Shown: positions 42,338 through 50,891 of the stretch, piece after piece | Position numbering within the stretch: the stretch's first letter is position 1 | How the letters are laid out: the number at the start of each line of letters is the position of its first letter | Assembly: GCA_963798375.1 (NCBI GenBank) | Contig: CAWCTG010000032.1 | Coordinates: 72,232 to 136,231 of the forward strand | DNA length: 64,000 bases | DNA from: Candidatus Binataceae bacterium | GTDB taxonomy: Bacteria; Desulfobacterota; Binatia; Binatales; Binataceae | Reading direction: 5' to 3' | Notes under the pieces: model-generated | What the model saw: the letters and a program-made list of their open reading frames with translations, nothing else | What the model was told of the DNA's origin: nothing | Database searches by the model: none | Position numbers and translations under genes: made by a program

Positions 42338-43395
42338 TTGCCGACGGCGGGCGCCCGAAATGGAGACGGCAATATGGAGGGGGAACGCAGCTCGCGAAAG
42401 TTTTGGGCAGGTCTTTTGGTGGCGCTGGTCGCGTTTGGAATCGCCTCCCTGGTTTCATCGCCCCCCGCAATCGGCATGGAAGGCACCCTGCTTTCCCAAG
42501 CCACAGGATCGGGGACCCGGCTACCGCCGGGCTATGTCCATAATGACACCTGCACCAGTTGCCATGATGTATCGGTCAAGTCCTTCCGCAAGACAATGAT
42601 GGGCCATCTTATGATGGGCCAGCCGCGCGACGAGGAGGAAGGCCTCGCGTGCCAGGCCTGTCATGGTCCCGGCCGCGAGCATCTACGCCATCCGAGCAAG
42701 CCGTCGCCGGGATTTCTGAGTTTTCGCGAGACCACCTTCACCGACATCAAGATTGAGAACGACCGGTGCCTCGCATGCCATCAAAACGGCGAGCGCGGGT
42801 TCTGGCGAGCCAGCGCCCACGCCGAGCGCGGCATTCGATGCGTTGATTGCCACGCCGTGATGTGTCCGGTGACGGCGAGCGCGCTGCCGCAGGCGCAACT
42901 CAAGAAGTCACCGCTTGGCACTGAATTCATCAACCCGTTCGTCGTGACGCGGCCCGAAACGCAGGTCTGCCTGCGCTGCCATCTCGACAAAAAGATGGAA
43001 ATCAATTTGCCGTCGCACATGCCGCTGCGCGAGGGGTTGATGACGTGCACCGACTGCCACAACCCGCACGGCGGACCGTATCAGAAGCAATTGCGGGCGG
43101 CGATGGTCAATGAGGTCTGCTACCGCTGTCATGCCGAAAAGCGCGGGCCGTTCCTCTGGATGCACGCGCCGGTGGCGATGAACTGCCTCAATTGCCATAT
43201 CCCGCACGGCAGCGTCAACCAGCACATGCTGGTGATCAACATGCCGGTGCTCTGCCAGCGCTGCCACATCGGCACCCGTCATCCGAGTGAGCCACAGAGG
43301 GGGGGTCAATTTTCGTGATCAACCAGCAATGCGCCAATTGCCATTCGCAGATACACGGCTCGAGCTCGCCGGGCGGGAGATATTTCACGCGCTGA
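42338..43395 (+). CDS. Periplasmic decaheme c-type cytochrome, MtrA/MtoA/PioA family. The reading frame is broken at the G7 run 43299-43305, which places the tenth CXXCH (CANCHSQIHGS) in the +1 frame.
   Basis: Nine CXXCH motifs in ORF 42338-43318 (CTSCH, CQACH, CLACH, CVDCH, CLRCH, CTDCH, CYRCH, CLNCH, CQRCH). The next frame reads INQQCANCHSQIHGSSSPGGRYFTR*, a typical MtrA-family C-terminus. N-terminal signal/anchor present. Confidence 0.8.
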
Positions 43396-43466
43396 AGCGG
43401 GAGGCAGAGGAACGCACGGCATCGCTGGGCCGCACCGCGTCTTGCAGCCGGCCCGGGAGGAAAGTC

Positions 43467-45722
43467 ATGAACCTGAAGCGGTTGTTAGCCGGATGTGGAA
43501 CGATGGCGCTCGTGTTGTCGATGCTTTCGCCGGCGCTGGCACAGGTCGATTTCGCGCAATTCACAGCGCAGGGTTCGGTCGAGGCCGGCGCCATTCCCCA
43601 GCCTGTCCCTTATACCAATGTCGCGGAGTATCAGCAGTACCGCGATCTGGCGCAGCAGTTCATCGTTCCGCAACTGCAGTTGATCCTGGGCGACAAGGCG
43701 GAGAACTACTACGTCCAGTTCGACGCCATCAACGTCGCGCAAAAGAACCAGATGTATTCGCTGCGCTTCGGCGAGTACGGTCTGCTCGATGTTCAGGCAA
43801 AATTCTTCGAGATTCCACACAACTTCAGCAACGGCATCGCGAGCACGCCGTACAACCAGGAAGGCGGCAACTTCACTCTATCCTCGAAGCCCACTGGTAC
43901 CGGCCCCGCGCTCGATTCCTGGCTGACAGCGAACGCCAAAACGTTCGACATGAGCCTGCTCGAAGGTGTCGCGGACATCGACGTGCGCTATACGCCGACG
44001 CCGTCGCTGACCTTCAGTGCGAACATGGATTACCAGAACCCCACCGGCCAACAGCCATTCGGCGGCTCCTTTCTGTTTGGCACCAGCCCGGGTACTTACA
44101 AAGTGAACGAACTGTTCCTGCCAATCCAGTACTACACCTATAACTTCGGCACCGGCATCGAATACGCGAAAAACGGATGGATGGTGGGTTTCCAGTACCA
44201 GGGGTCCTTCTTCGTCGACGACTACAGCACCCTGACCTGGGACAACCCCCTCAATACCAGCGGAGTAGGCAGCAAATGCGTTGATTCCACCGTTTTCACT
44301 TCCACCTCGCTCACCGGCCCCTGCCAGGGACGGGCAGCCATGTACCCGAACAACCAGGCTCACAACTTCATCGTGAACGGAACGGGTCAGCTTCCATTCA
44401 ACACACACGTGATGGGGAGCCTCGAGTACGGATTCTGGCTCCAGAACGCTCCCTTCATCCCGCTTACGGCCAACAGCAAGTTGCAGCAGTCATTAAGTTC
44501 GGTAGGAGCGCCTAATAGCCTCGGCGGCGACGTGCAGCCTTTCTTTGCCAACTTCACGATCGATAGCAATCCAATCGAACCGCTGGATCTAAAGGCGACC
44601 TATTCCTATTTCGATTACGACAACCTGACGCCGGCGATCACCTTCACAGGTGTTAAGTCGCTGAATGACGTAGCGGACGCGCAGACGCCTTTCACCGCTT
44701 ATCCCTTTGCATTCTCGGAGCAGGACGTCAGCCTCGAGCCAACCTACCGCCTGACTGATACTCTCGCCACACACTTTATGTTCAAGTGGCAGACCAACCA
44801 CAACGGCGGGCTGGAGGTGCTACAGCAGGATCAAACCAGCTACGGACCCGCGCTCGATTGGAACCCATACCCGTGGCTGACTTTCCGGGCGGACTACCAG
44901 CACGCGCACCGCGACTCGCCGGGATACAACAACAACCGCGCCAGCCTGGTCCAGGTGCTTGGCGGGACCCCGGGAGAGATCGAGGAGCTTCAGAGCCTCT
45001 GGCGGTTCGACGAGGCCACGCTCGATGTGAACCAGACCTCGCTCTATGCCTCCGCGCAGCCGATCGAACAACTCACGCTGTTCGCCGCCTTCAATTACGA
45101 CGACTATAACTACCCCAACAGCGACTTCGGCCTGGAGCACACTTCGGACTATTCGCCGTCGGTGGGGGCCAGTTGGGAACCGATGCCAGGCATGCACCTT
45201 TTTAGCGACTACTCCTGGCAGGCGTACGATTGGAACCTATGGTCACAGGACGAGACTACTATTCCGGCGGCGAAGCCTCCGCCTGGAAAAACGAACGCTT
45301 GGGAGGCCAGGGGCCGCAACCAGGGCAACAATATCGATTTCGGCACGGACATCGCGATACCGCCGAATCGCATTCTGCCGCGGCCGTCGCACCTGAAACT
45401 CCAGTACACCTACACGGTTGGCAACAACAGCACCCACCAATCGGGGGCTACCTCGGCCGGGGCGTCAGGGGAGGCGATCGACTATCCCGATGTCGGCAGC
45501 CAGTTCCAAGAGTTGATAATTCAGTACCAGTACGATTTGCTTGACAACCTGGCTATCAACGTCGGCTACTACTTCACTCACTCCAACGAAAACAATTTCA
45601 TGGTGGACAACATGAGGAACTACATGCCGAATGCAAGCGCAAATTCGACATTTCTCGGCAACACCGACATAGCTCCTTACAACGTCAATGTCGCATTCAT
45701 AACCCTGAAGTACAAATTTTAG
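43467..45722 (+). CDS. Large outer-membrane beta-barrel protein (~752 aa), MtrB/MtoB/PioB-like porin partner of the decaheme cytochrome
   Basis: Signal peptide MNLKRLLAGCGTMALVLSMLSPALAQ. Y/N/G/S/T/Q-rich with alternating amphipathic strands. Ends in an aromatic C-terminus ...AFITLKYKF. Sits immediately downstream of the MtrA-like gene. The listed ORF start 43287 is an artefactual upstream extension. Confidence 0.7.
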   Translation: MNLKRLLAGCGTMALVLSMLSPALAQVDFAQFTAQGSVEAGAIPQPVPYTNVAEYQQYRDLAQQFIVPQLQLILGDKAENYYVQFDAINVAQKNQMYSLRFGEYGLLDVQAKFFEIPHNFSNGIASTPYNQEGGNFTLSSKPTGTGPALDSWLTANAKTFDMSLLEGVADIDVRYTPTPSLTFSANMDYQNPTGQQPFGGSFLFGTSPGTYKVNELFLPIQYYTYNFGTGIEYAKNGWMVGFQYQGSFFVDDYSTLTWDNPLNTSGVGSKCVDSTVFTSTSLTGPCQGRAAMYPNNQAHNFIVNGTGQLPFNTHVMGSLEYGFWLQNAPFIPLTANSKLQQSLSSVGAPNSLGGDVQPFFANFTIDSNPIEPLDLKATYSYFDYDNLTPAITFTGVKSLNDVADAQTPFTAYPFAFSEQDVSLEPTYRLTDTLATHFMFKWQTNHNGGLEVLQQDQTSYGPALDWNPYPWLTFRADYQHAHRDSPGYNNNRASLVQVLGGTPGEIEELQSLWRFDEATLDVNQTSLYASAQPIEQLTLFAAFNYDDYNYPNSDFGLEHTSDYSPSVGASWEPMPGMHLFSDYSWQAYDWNLWSQDETTIPAAKPPPGKTNAWEARGRNQGNNIDFGTDIAIPPNRILPRPSHLKLQYTYTVGNNSTHQSGATSAGASGEAIDYPDVGSQFQELIIQYQYDLLDNLAINVGYYFTHSNENNFMVDNMRNYMPNASANSTFLGNTDIAPYNVNVAFITLKYKF

Positions 45723-45845
45723 GCCAAGCCTATTAAGGTACTTGGAGCGAGAGGCCGGAACACAAACAACGAATGACCTATCGTCCGCGGCGGCCCGGCC
45801 CGCAAACCAATTGGCGGACAAGGATTGTAAGGAAGGAGAGAAGCT

Positions 45846-46259
45846 ATGTCGAAGAGTTTGAGAACGAAGATTCGATCGAGACTCTGGATTTGGACCGCGT
45901 CGGCCATACCAGCAGTTGCAGTGCTGGCGTTGATCTCAACCTGCGCCCGCGCAGCCGATCTCACGGCCGCGGCCGGCAGTTACTCGGATACCTGCGCTAA
46001 GTGTCACGGCCCGGCCGGCAAGGGCGATGGCCCCAAAGCGGCCGAACTGAAAGACAAGGACGGCAAGCCGGTCACCATCGGAGATTTATCCGATTGTGCC
46101 AAGATGAGCAAGATAACCGATGACGACATGTTCAAGGAGCTGAAAGAGGGCGGCGCGTCAGTAGGCAAGAGCAAGTTCATGACTCCCTATGGCGATGCGA
46201 TGGAGGACGACGAGATCAAAGGGCTGGTCGCTTATGTCAGAACCTTGTGCAAGAAGTAG
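45846..46259 (+). CDS. Monoheme class-I cytochrome c, secreted (MtoD/Cyc1-like candidate periplasmic shuttle), paralog 1
   Basis: Signal peptide; single CAKCH; conserved C-terminus LVAYVRTLCKK. Confidence 0.8.
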   Translation: MSKSLRTKIRSRLWIWTASAIPAVAVLALISTCARAADLTAAAGSYSDTCAKCHGPAGKGDGPKAAELKDKDGKPVTIGDLSDCAKMSKITDDDMFKELKEGGASVGKSKFMTPYGDAMEDDEIKGLVAYVRTLCKK

Positions 46260-46280
46260 CGGCGCGCGCCACATCGGCGA

Positions 46281-46406
46281 TCGACTGTATCAATACTGGC
46301 ACCCGGTTCCATGAGTTGATATTTCAGTGCGAGTACGATTTTGCGCGATAACATCGCGTCATCGCAGGCTACTACTCCAGCAATTGTGGCGAACATAATT
46401 TCATGG
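46281..46406 (+). repeat. Degraded duplicate of the porin-gene 3' region (cf. 45480-45603), footprint of a tandem segmental duplication that generated the second monoheme cytochrome gene
   Basis: ~75% identity by direct alignment. Both cytochrome genes end ...tgcaagaagtagcggcgcgcgcca. Both have an AAGGAAGGAGAG-type SD. Confidence 0.7.
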
Positions 46407-46423
46407 AGGGAAGGAGAGGAGCA

Positions 46424-46825
46424 ATGAGAACTAAGATTCGATCGATACTGTGGGTTTGGACCGTGTCGGCCATACCGGCGGTTGCAGCGCTGGCGTTGAT
46501 CTCAACCGGCGCCCGCGCAGCCGATCTCACGGCCGCGGCCAGCAGTTACTCGGATACGTGCGCTAAGTGTCACGGCCCGCTCGGCAAGGGCGACGGCCCC
46601 AAAGCTGCCGAACTGAAAGACAAGGACGGCAAGGTGGTCCCCAGCGGAGATTTGTCCGATTGCGCCAAGATGGCCAAGGTTACTGACGACGACATGTTCA
46701 AGGAGCTCAAGGAAGGCGGCCAGGCGGTCGGCAAGAGCAAGTTCATGACTCCCTATGGCGACGCGATGGAGGACGACGAGATCAAGGCGATGGTTGCGTA
46801 CGTCAGAACCTTGTGCAAGAAGTAG
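46424..46825 (+). CDS. Monoheme class-I cytochrome c, paralog 2 (tandem duplicate of 45846-46259)
   Basis: MRTKIRSILWVWTVSAIPAVAALALIS...CAKCHGP...MVAYVRTLCKK; ~85% aa identity to paralog 1. Confidence 0.8.
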   Translation: MRTKIRSILWVWTVSAIPAVAALALISTGARAADLTAAASSYSDTCAKCHGPLGKGDGPKAAELKDKDGKVVPSGDLSDCAKMAKVTDDDMFKELKEGGQAVGKSKFMTPYGDAMEDDEIKAMVAYVRTLCKK

Positions 46826-47113
46826 CGGCGCGCGCCAGGCTCCAGAATGAGCCTCGGCGCGCGGGGTTGAAAGCGAGCAGTCTCAGGCAGCGGCCGGCTT
46901 GTAGTTCGCCGGCGGTGTCGCGCAGCAGTTGTACTCGCGCTCGCCCTGACCACTCAAAGCTGGCAAGTGAAAGGCCTCGCACTGGTAACCGGCTGAACCT
47001 CACCAGAGAGCGACCCAGGACAAGCGGGTCCGATCCCAGGGATCGGACCGCTTGCCGCTCGGAAACCGGGCGTCGCTTCCCCAGATTTTCGAGAGAAGCT
47101 ACGCAGGTGGAAT

Positions 47114-48655
47114 ATGCAAACGAGCGGAGATGAGCCGGGCGCACCGGGATCGGAGCGCCCGGCACGGCAAAATGGCGCCGAGGCCGAACGCCAATTACCA
47201 AGCCTGGCTCGCAACCGGCTGAGCATCGCCGGCCTGATCATCGCCGTCATCGTCTTGGCGGACATGGTTTCCCTGGCTGGCATGACGCTGCTAGGGGTGC
47301 AGTTGAACCCCTACGTCGGCATTTTTGCCTACCTGATCGGTCCGGCCGTCATGATATTCGGCCTGTTGCTCATTCCGGCCGGGATGGCACTCGAACGGCG
47401 ACGGCGCCGGAAGTTTCTGCCGGGTGAGCTGCCGCCCTTTCCCAAGCTCGATCTCAACGAGCCTTCGGTTCGGCGCGGCTTTCTCGGCGCGGTAGGCTTT
47501 TCGATGTTTTTTGTGGTTCTGAGCCTGGCGGCAAGCTACCAAGGCTACCAGTTCACGGACTCGGTGATGTTCTGCGGCCAGACCTGTCACGTCCCGATGA
47601 AGCCGGAATTCGACGCCTACCAGGATTCGCCGCACGCGCGGGTCGCATGCGCGGACTGCCACGTAGGACCCGGCGCCACTTGGTTTGTTCGCTCCAAGCT
47701 GTCGGGCGCCTATCAGGTCTATGCGGTAATGTTCAACAAGTACCCCAGACCGATTGAAACCCCCATCAAGGATTTGCGCCCGGTTCAGGCAGCCTGCGAG
47801 CAATGCCATTGGCCGCAGAAGTTCTACGGCGCGCAACTCAAGGTCTTCGCGCATTATGCCTACGACGAGAAGAACACGCCCACGCGCATCCAGATGCTGA
47901 TCAAGACCGGAGGAGGAGCTGCCGAGTTCGGCCGCGCCACCGGAATCCACTGGCACATGAACATCGCCAACCAAGTATGGTTCGCGGCTACTGACACGCA
48001 GTCCCAGGTGATTCCATGGGTGAAGGTAAGGACCCCCGACGGAAGGACCACGGAATACACTGCCAAGGGCACTTCGCTGACCCCAAAGCAGATTGCGGCG
48101 ATTCCCATCCAGACGATGGACTGTGTGAGCTGCCATGCCCGCCCGTCCCATAAGTTTCTTCCGCCCGATCAGGCGGTCGATGCGTCGTTCGAGGCGGGCC
48201 AGCTCGACCCTACGCTTCCCTTCTTGAAGAGGCAGGCGGTCAAGGCTCTGCTCAAGCGCTATGACACGTCGGAACACGCGACCGAGGGAATCGCCACCGC
48301 CCTCGATACCTTTTACCAGGATCGCTATCCCCAGATTTATGCCGCCAAGGCGCAGCAAATCGGGGCCGCCATTGCCGCCGTGCAGCACATCTACACAACC
48401 AACATCTTTTCGTTTATGCGGGTTGATTGGCGCACGCATCCCGATAACATCGGCCACCTTTATTACGCGGGATGCTTCCGCTGTCACGACGGGCAGCACG
48501 TCAGCGCCGATGGCCGGGTGATACCCCAGCAATGCGAAACCTGTCACACGGTCCTTGCATCTCCCAACAGTGTCGCCGAGTTCAAGCATCCAGTTGATCT
48601 GAACGATGTAGGCGGCGCGACCTGCAGCACCTGTCATACCGGAGGCGTCCTGTAA
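47114..48655 (+). CDS. Membrane-anchored heptaheme c-type cytochrome, NapC/NirT-related (ImcH-like candidate quinol/quinone oxidoreductase)
   Basis: Two N-terminal TM helices; seven CXXCH (CGQTCH, CADCH, CEQCH, CVSCH, CFRCH, CETCH, CSTCH); 513 aa. Confidence 0.7.
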   Translation: MQTSGDEPGAPGSERPARQNGAEAERQLPSLARNRLSIAGLIIAVIVLADMVSLAGMTLLGVQLNPYVGIFAYLIGPAVMIFGLLLIPAGMALERRRRRKFLPGELPPFPKLDLNEPSVRRGFLGAVGFSMFFVVLSLAASYQGYQFTDSVMFCGQTCHVPMKPEFDAYQDSPHARVACADCHVGPGATWFVRSKLSGAYQVYAVMFNKYPRPIETPIKDLRPVQAACEQCHWPQKFYGAQLKVFAHYAYDEKNTPTRIQMLIKTGGGAAEFGRATGIHWHMNIANQVWFAATDTQSQVIPWVKVRTPDGRTTEYTAKGTSLTPKQIAAIPIQTMDCVSCHARPSHKFLPPDQAVDASFEAGQLDPTLPFLKRQAVKALLKRYDTSEHATEGIATALDTFYQDRYPQIYAAKAQQIGAAIAAVQHIYTTNIFSFMRVDWRTHPDNIGHLYYAGCFRCHDGQHVSADGRVIPQQCETCHTVLASPNSVAEFKHPVDLNDVGGATCSTCHTGGVL

Positions 48656-48679
48656 GCGAATCGGCGCGGCGCAGGCGGT

Positions 48680-50056
48680 GTGAGACAAATGACGCACGGA
48701 TCAGGGCGTATGGTTAGCTCAGGGCGGACGGTTAGCGGCCTCGGGCGCGCCGCGTGCGCTATTGCGGCAATGCTGCTGTACGCAGTTGCAACGGCGCAGG
48801 CCGCTCCGACCAAGGCCGCTCCGCCGAAGGCCGCTAAGACGACGAGAGCCGGTAAGACGACGAAAGCCGCTCCGGCGAAGCCGCTCACCGATAGCGATTG
48901 CCTGTCCTGTCATAATCTTAAGGCCAGCGCCAAGTTACAGGCGCGGCCGGTTAGCGTGTACGTCAATGCGGAGATATACCAGCCCTCGGTCCACGCGAAG
49001 CTGGGTTGTGTCTCCTGCCATTCTGACATCCATGCCTTTCCTCATCCCGATCCGGTCAAGCCGGTTTCCTGCGCCGGCTGCCACGCGAGTGAGACTTCGG
49101 CCTATGCGGGCAGCGTTCACGCTATCGCCGAGCGGGAGAAGAAGAGCCGCTTTCCGGCCTGTCTCAATTGTCACGGAAACCCCCACGGCCTCCGCGCCAA
49201 GACTGACCCGAAGTCGCGAGTTTACCCGCTCAACCTGCCGGGCACCTGCGGCACCTGCCACGGTAACCCCGAGCTTGCCAAGAAATATGGCTTGCCGGAC
49301 GTGTACCCGCTCTACATGGATTCGATTCACGGCTTCGCGCTGAGTGCCGACGGGCTCCTGGTGGCTGCCACCTGCAGCAAGTGCCATGGCGCGCACGATA
49401 TCCTCAGCCGAAAGGACCCGAAGAGCCGGATCTTCTATAAAAATGTGCCTGCCACCTGTGGCGCGTGCCATGCCGGCGTCGAAGTCGAGTACCTTGCCGG
49501 AGCGCACGGCGCGGCGATGATCGCCGGGCGCGCGAATGCTCCGGTATGCACGAATTGCCATACCTCGCATCAGATTACCCAGGTGGACGTCGCTAGCTGG
49601 CAAATCAAAACCGTCGCCACCTGCGGTAACTGTCACAAGACCAGGCTTAGGAGCTACGGCGATACTTTCCACGGCGAGGTGACCGAGCGCGGCTTCGTCT
49701 CCGCGGCGCAATGCTGGAGTTGCCATGGCGCTCACGAAGTTCTTAAGGCCTCCAATCCCAAGTCCAAGGTCGCGCCGGCCAACCTTCTCACCACCTGCGG
49801 CAAGTGCCACGTCGGCGCAACCGCTAGCTTTGTCAAGTACGATCCGCATCCCAATGCGCACGAGCGGCGGCGCAACCCGGCCCTGTATTACGCGGCTCTA
49901 TGCATGGGACTGCTGCGTTTGATTGACCCATTCGGACTGATGGCTGTTGGCGTGGTGCTCGCAATTACGCTCGCTCACGGAATCGGCCAGATCGTGCGGT
50001 ATAACACGGGGACGGACCACTCGGACTCTGACCGCCATTCGGGAGATGAAAAATGA
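48680..50056 (+). CDS. Undecaheme (11 x CXXCH) c-type cytochrome with Sec signal and C-terminal hydrophobic helix
   Basis: CLSCH, CVSCH, CAGCH, CLNCH, CGTCH, CSKCH, CGACH, CTNCH, CGNCH, CWSCH, CGKCH counted. Repeated ...DPKSR... spacing. C-terminal TM LYYAALCMGLLRLIDPFGLMAVGVVLAITLAH. Confidence 0.8.
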   Translation: MRQMTHGSGRMVSSGRTVSGLGRAACAIAAMLLYAVATAQAAPTKAAPPKAAKTTRAGKTTKAAPAKPLTDSDCLSCHNLKASAKLQARPVSVYVNAEIYQPSVHAKLGCVSCHSDIHAFPHPDPVKPVSCAGCHASETSAYAGSVHAIAEREKKSRFPACLNCHGNPHGLRAKTDPKSRVYPLNLPGTCGTCHGNPELAKKYGLPDVYPLYMDSIHGFALSADGLLVAATCSKCHGAHDILSRKDPKSRIFYKNVPATCGACHAGVEVEYLAGAHGAAMIAGRANAPVCTNCHTSHQITQVDVASWQIKTVATCGNCHKTRLRSYGDTFHGEVTERGFVSAAQCWSCHGAHEVLKASNPKSKVAPANLLTTCGKCHVGATASFVKYDPHPNAHERRRNPALYYAALCMGLLRLIDPFGLMAVGVVLAITLAHGIGQIVRYNTGTDHSDSDRHSGDEK

Positions 50057-50145
50057 CCTACGTCGTAGTTGATCCCGTAACGCGCATCGAGGGCCATCTA
50101 CGGATCGAAGCCGAGCTTGACGGCGGCAAGGTGAGGATTCTGTGA
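50053..50145 (+). pseudogene. 30-codon remnant of a [NiFe]-hydrogenase large subunit (N-terminal L1 motif fused to a short C-terminal tail), start/stop-coupled between the 11-heme cytochrome and cytochrome b
   Basis: MTYVVVDPVTRIEGHLRIEAELDGGKVRIL*. VVDPVTRIEGHLRIE matches the universally conserved N-terminus of NiFe hydrogenase large subunits (cf. E. coli HyaB LVVDPITRIEGHMRCEV). Its ATG overlaps the upstream TGA (ATGA) and its TGA overlaps the GTG of the cytochrome b gene. Confidence 0.65.
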
Positions 50146-50843
50146 GTGCGCCACCGCGGCTTGTGCCCGAGCCACCTGGCACTGGCCTTGTTTATGTCTG
50201 GCAACTGCCAGTGCGTTTGTCGCACTGGTTGATCGTCATATCGATAGCTGTGCTAGCGGTTACCGGCTACTTCATCGGCAATCCGTTAATAACAACCGGC
50301 GGACCTGCAAGGGATCGCATCGTCGCAGCCACCATGCGCAGCATCCATCTCTACGCCGCGTGGGTGTTTGGTGTGTCGGTGGTCGTGCGGGTTTACTGGA
50401 TGTTCGCCGGCAGTTACTACGCGCGTTGGGACCAGTTCATTCCGGTCTCGCGCGACCGGCTCAATAGCGTCTGGCAGGCGATGAGGTTTTATAGCTTCCA
50501 GCGCCGCGGCCCACAGCTTTATCCGGGTCATAGCGGCCTTGCCGCGCTGGCTTATACGGGCATCTTCATGATCTACTTTATGGAGATCGTCACCGGCCTG
50601 GCCCTGTACTTCATCTATGCTCCGGCGAATTCGGTCTTTCAGGGTTTTCGCTTTTTAGTCCCAATCTACTCTCGCTTTCTCCACCATATCGGGATGTGGA
50701 TCTTGTTGATGTTCGTGATTCAGCACGTGTACTCGACGATTCTTTTTTCGGTCGAGGAGCGCAGTGGAATCATCGACTCGATGTTCACAGGCTACAAGCG
50801 CATAAGCCCGGAAGCCGAGGAGGAGGCGCATCGCGATGCCTGA
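50142..50843 (+). CDS. Dihaem b-type cytochrome of the Ni/Fe-hydrogenase (HyaC/HydC/FdnI-like) family, membrane quinone-interacting subunit
   Basis: Four TM helices with conserved His (RLSHWLI..., IHLYAAW, HHIGMWILLMFVIQHVYS); family-typical R-x-x-H-W at TM1. Confidence 0.8.
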   Translation: MSAPPRLVPEPPGTGLVYVWQLPVRLSHWLIVISIAVLAVTGYFIGNPLITTGGPARDRIVAATMRSIHLYAAWVFGVSVVVRVYWMFAGSYYARWDQFIPVSRDRLNSVWQAMRFYSFQRRGPQLYPGHSGLAALAYTGIFMIYFMEIVTGLALYFIYAPANSVFQGFRFLVPIYSRFLHHIGMWILLMFVIQHVYSTILFSVEERSGIIDSMFTGYKRISPEAEEEAHRDA

Positions 50844-50891
50844 CGAGTTACTCGAACTCATGAACGCCGCTATCACACAAGGAGAATCGCA

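Noticed and set aside
43287-43466. N-terminal 60-codon extension of the porin ORF (MSHRGGVNFRDQPAMRQLPFADTR...)
   Set aside because: It overlaps the true last haem motif of the decaheme cytochrome in another frame. A bona fide signal peptide with SD GGGAGGAAAG starts at 43467.
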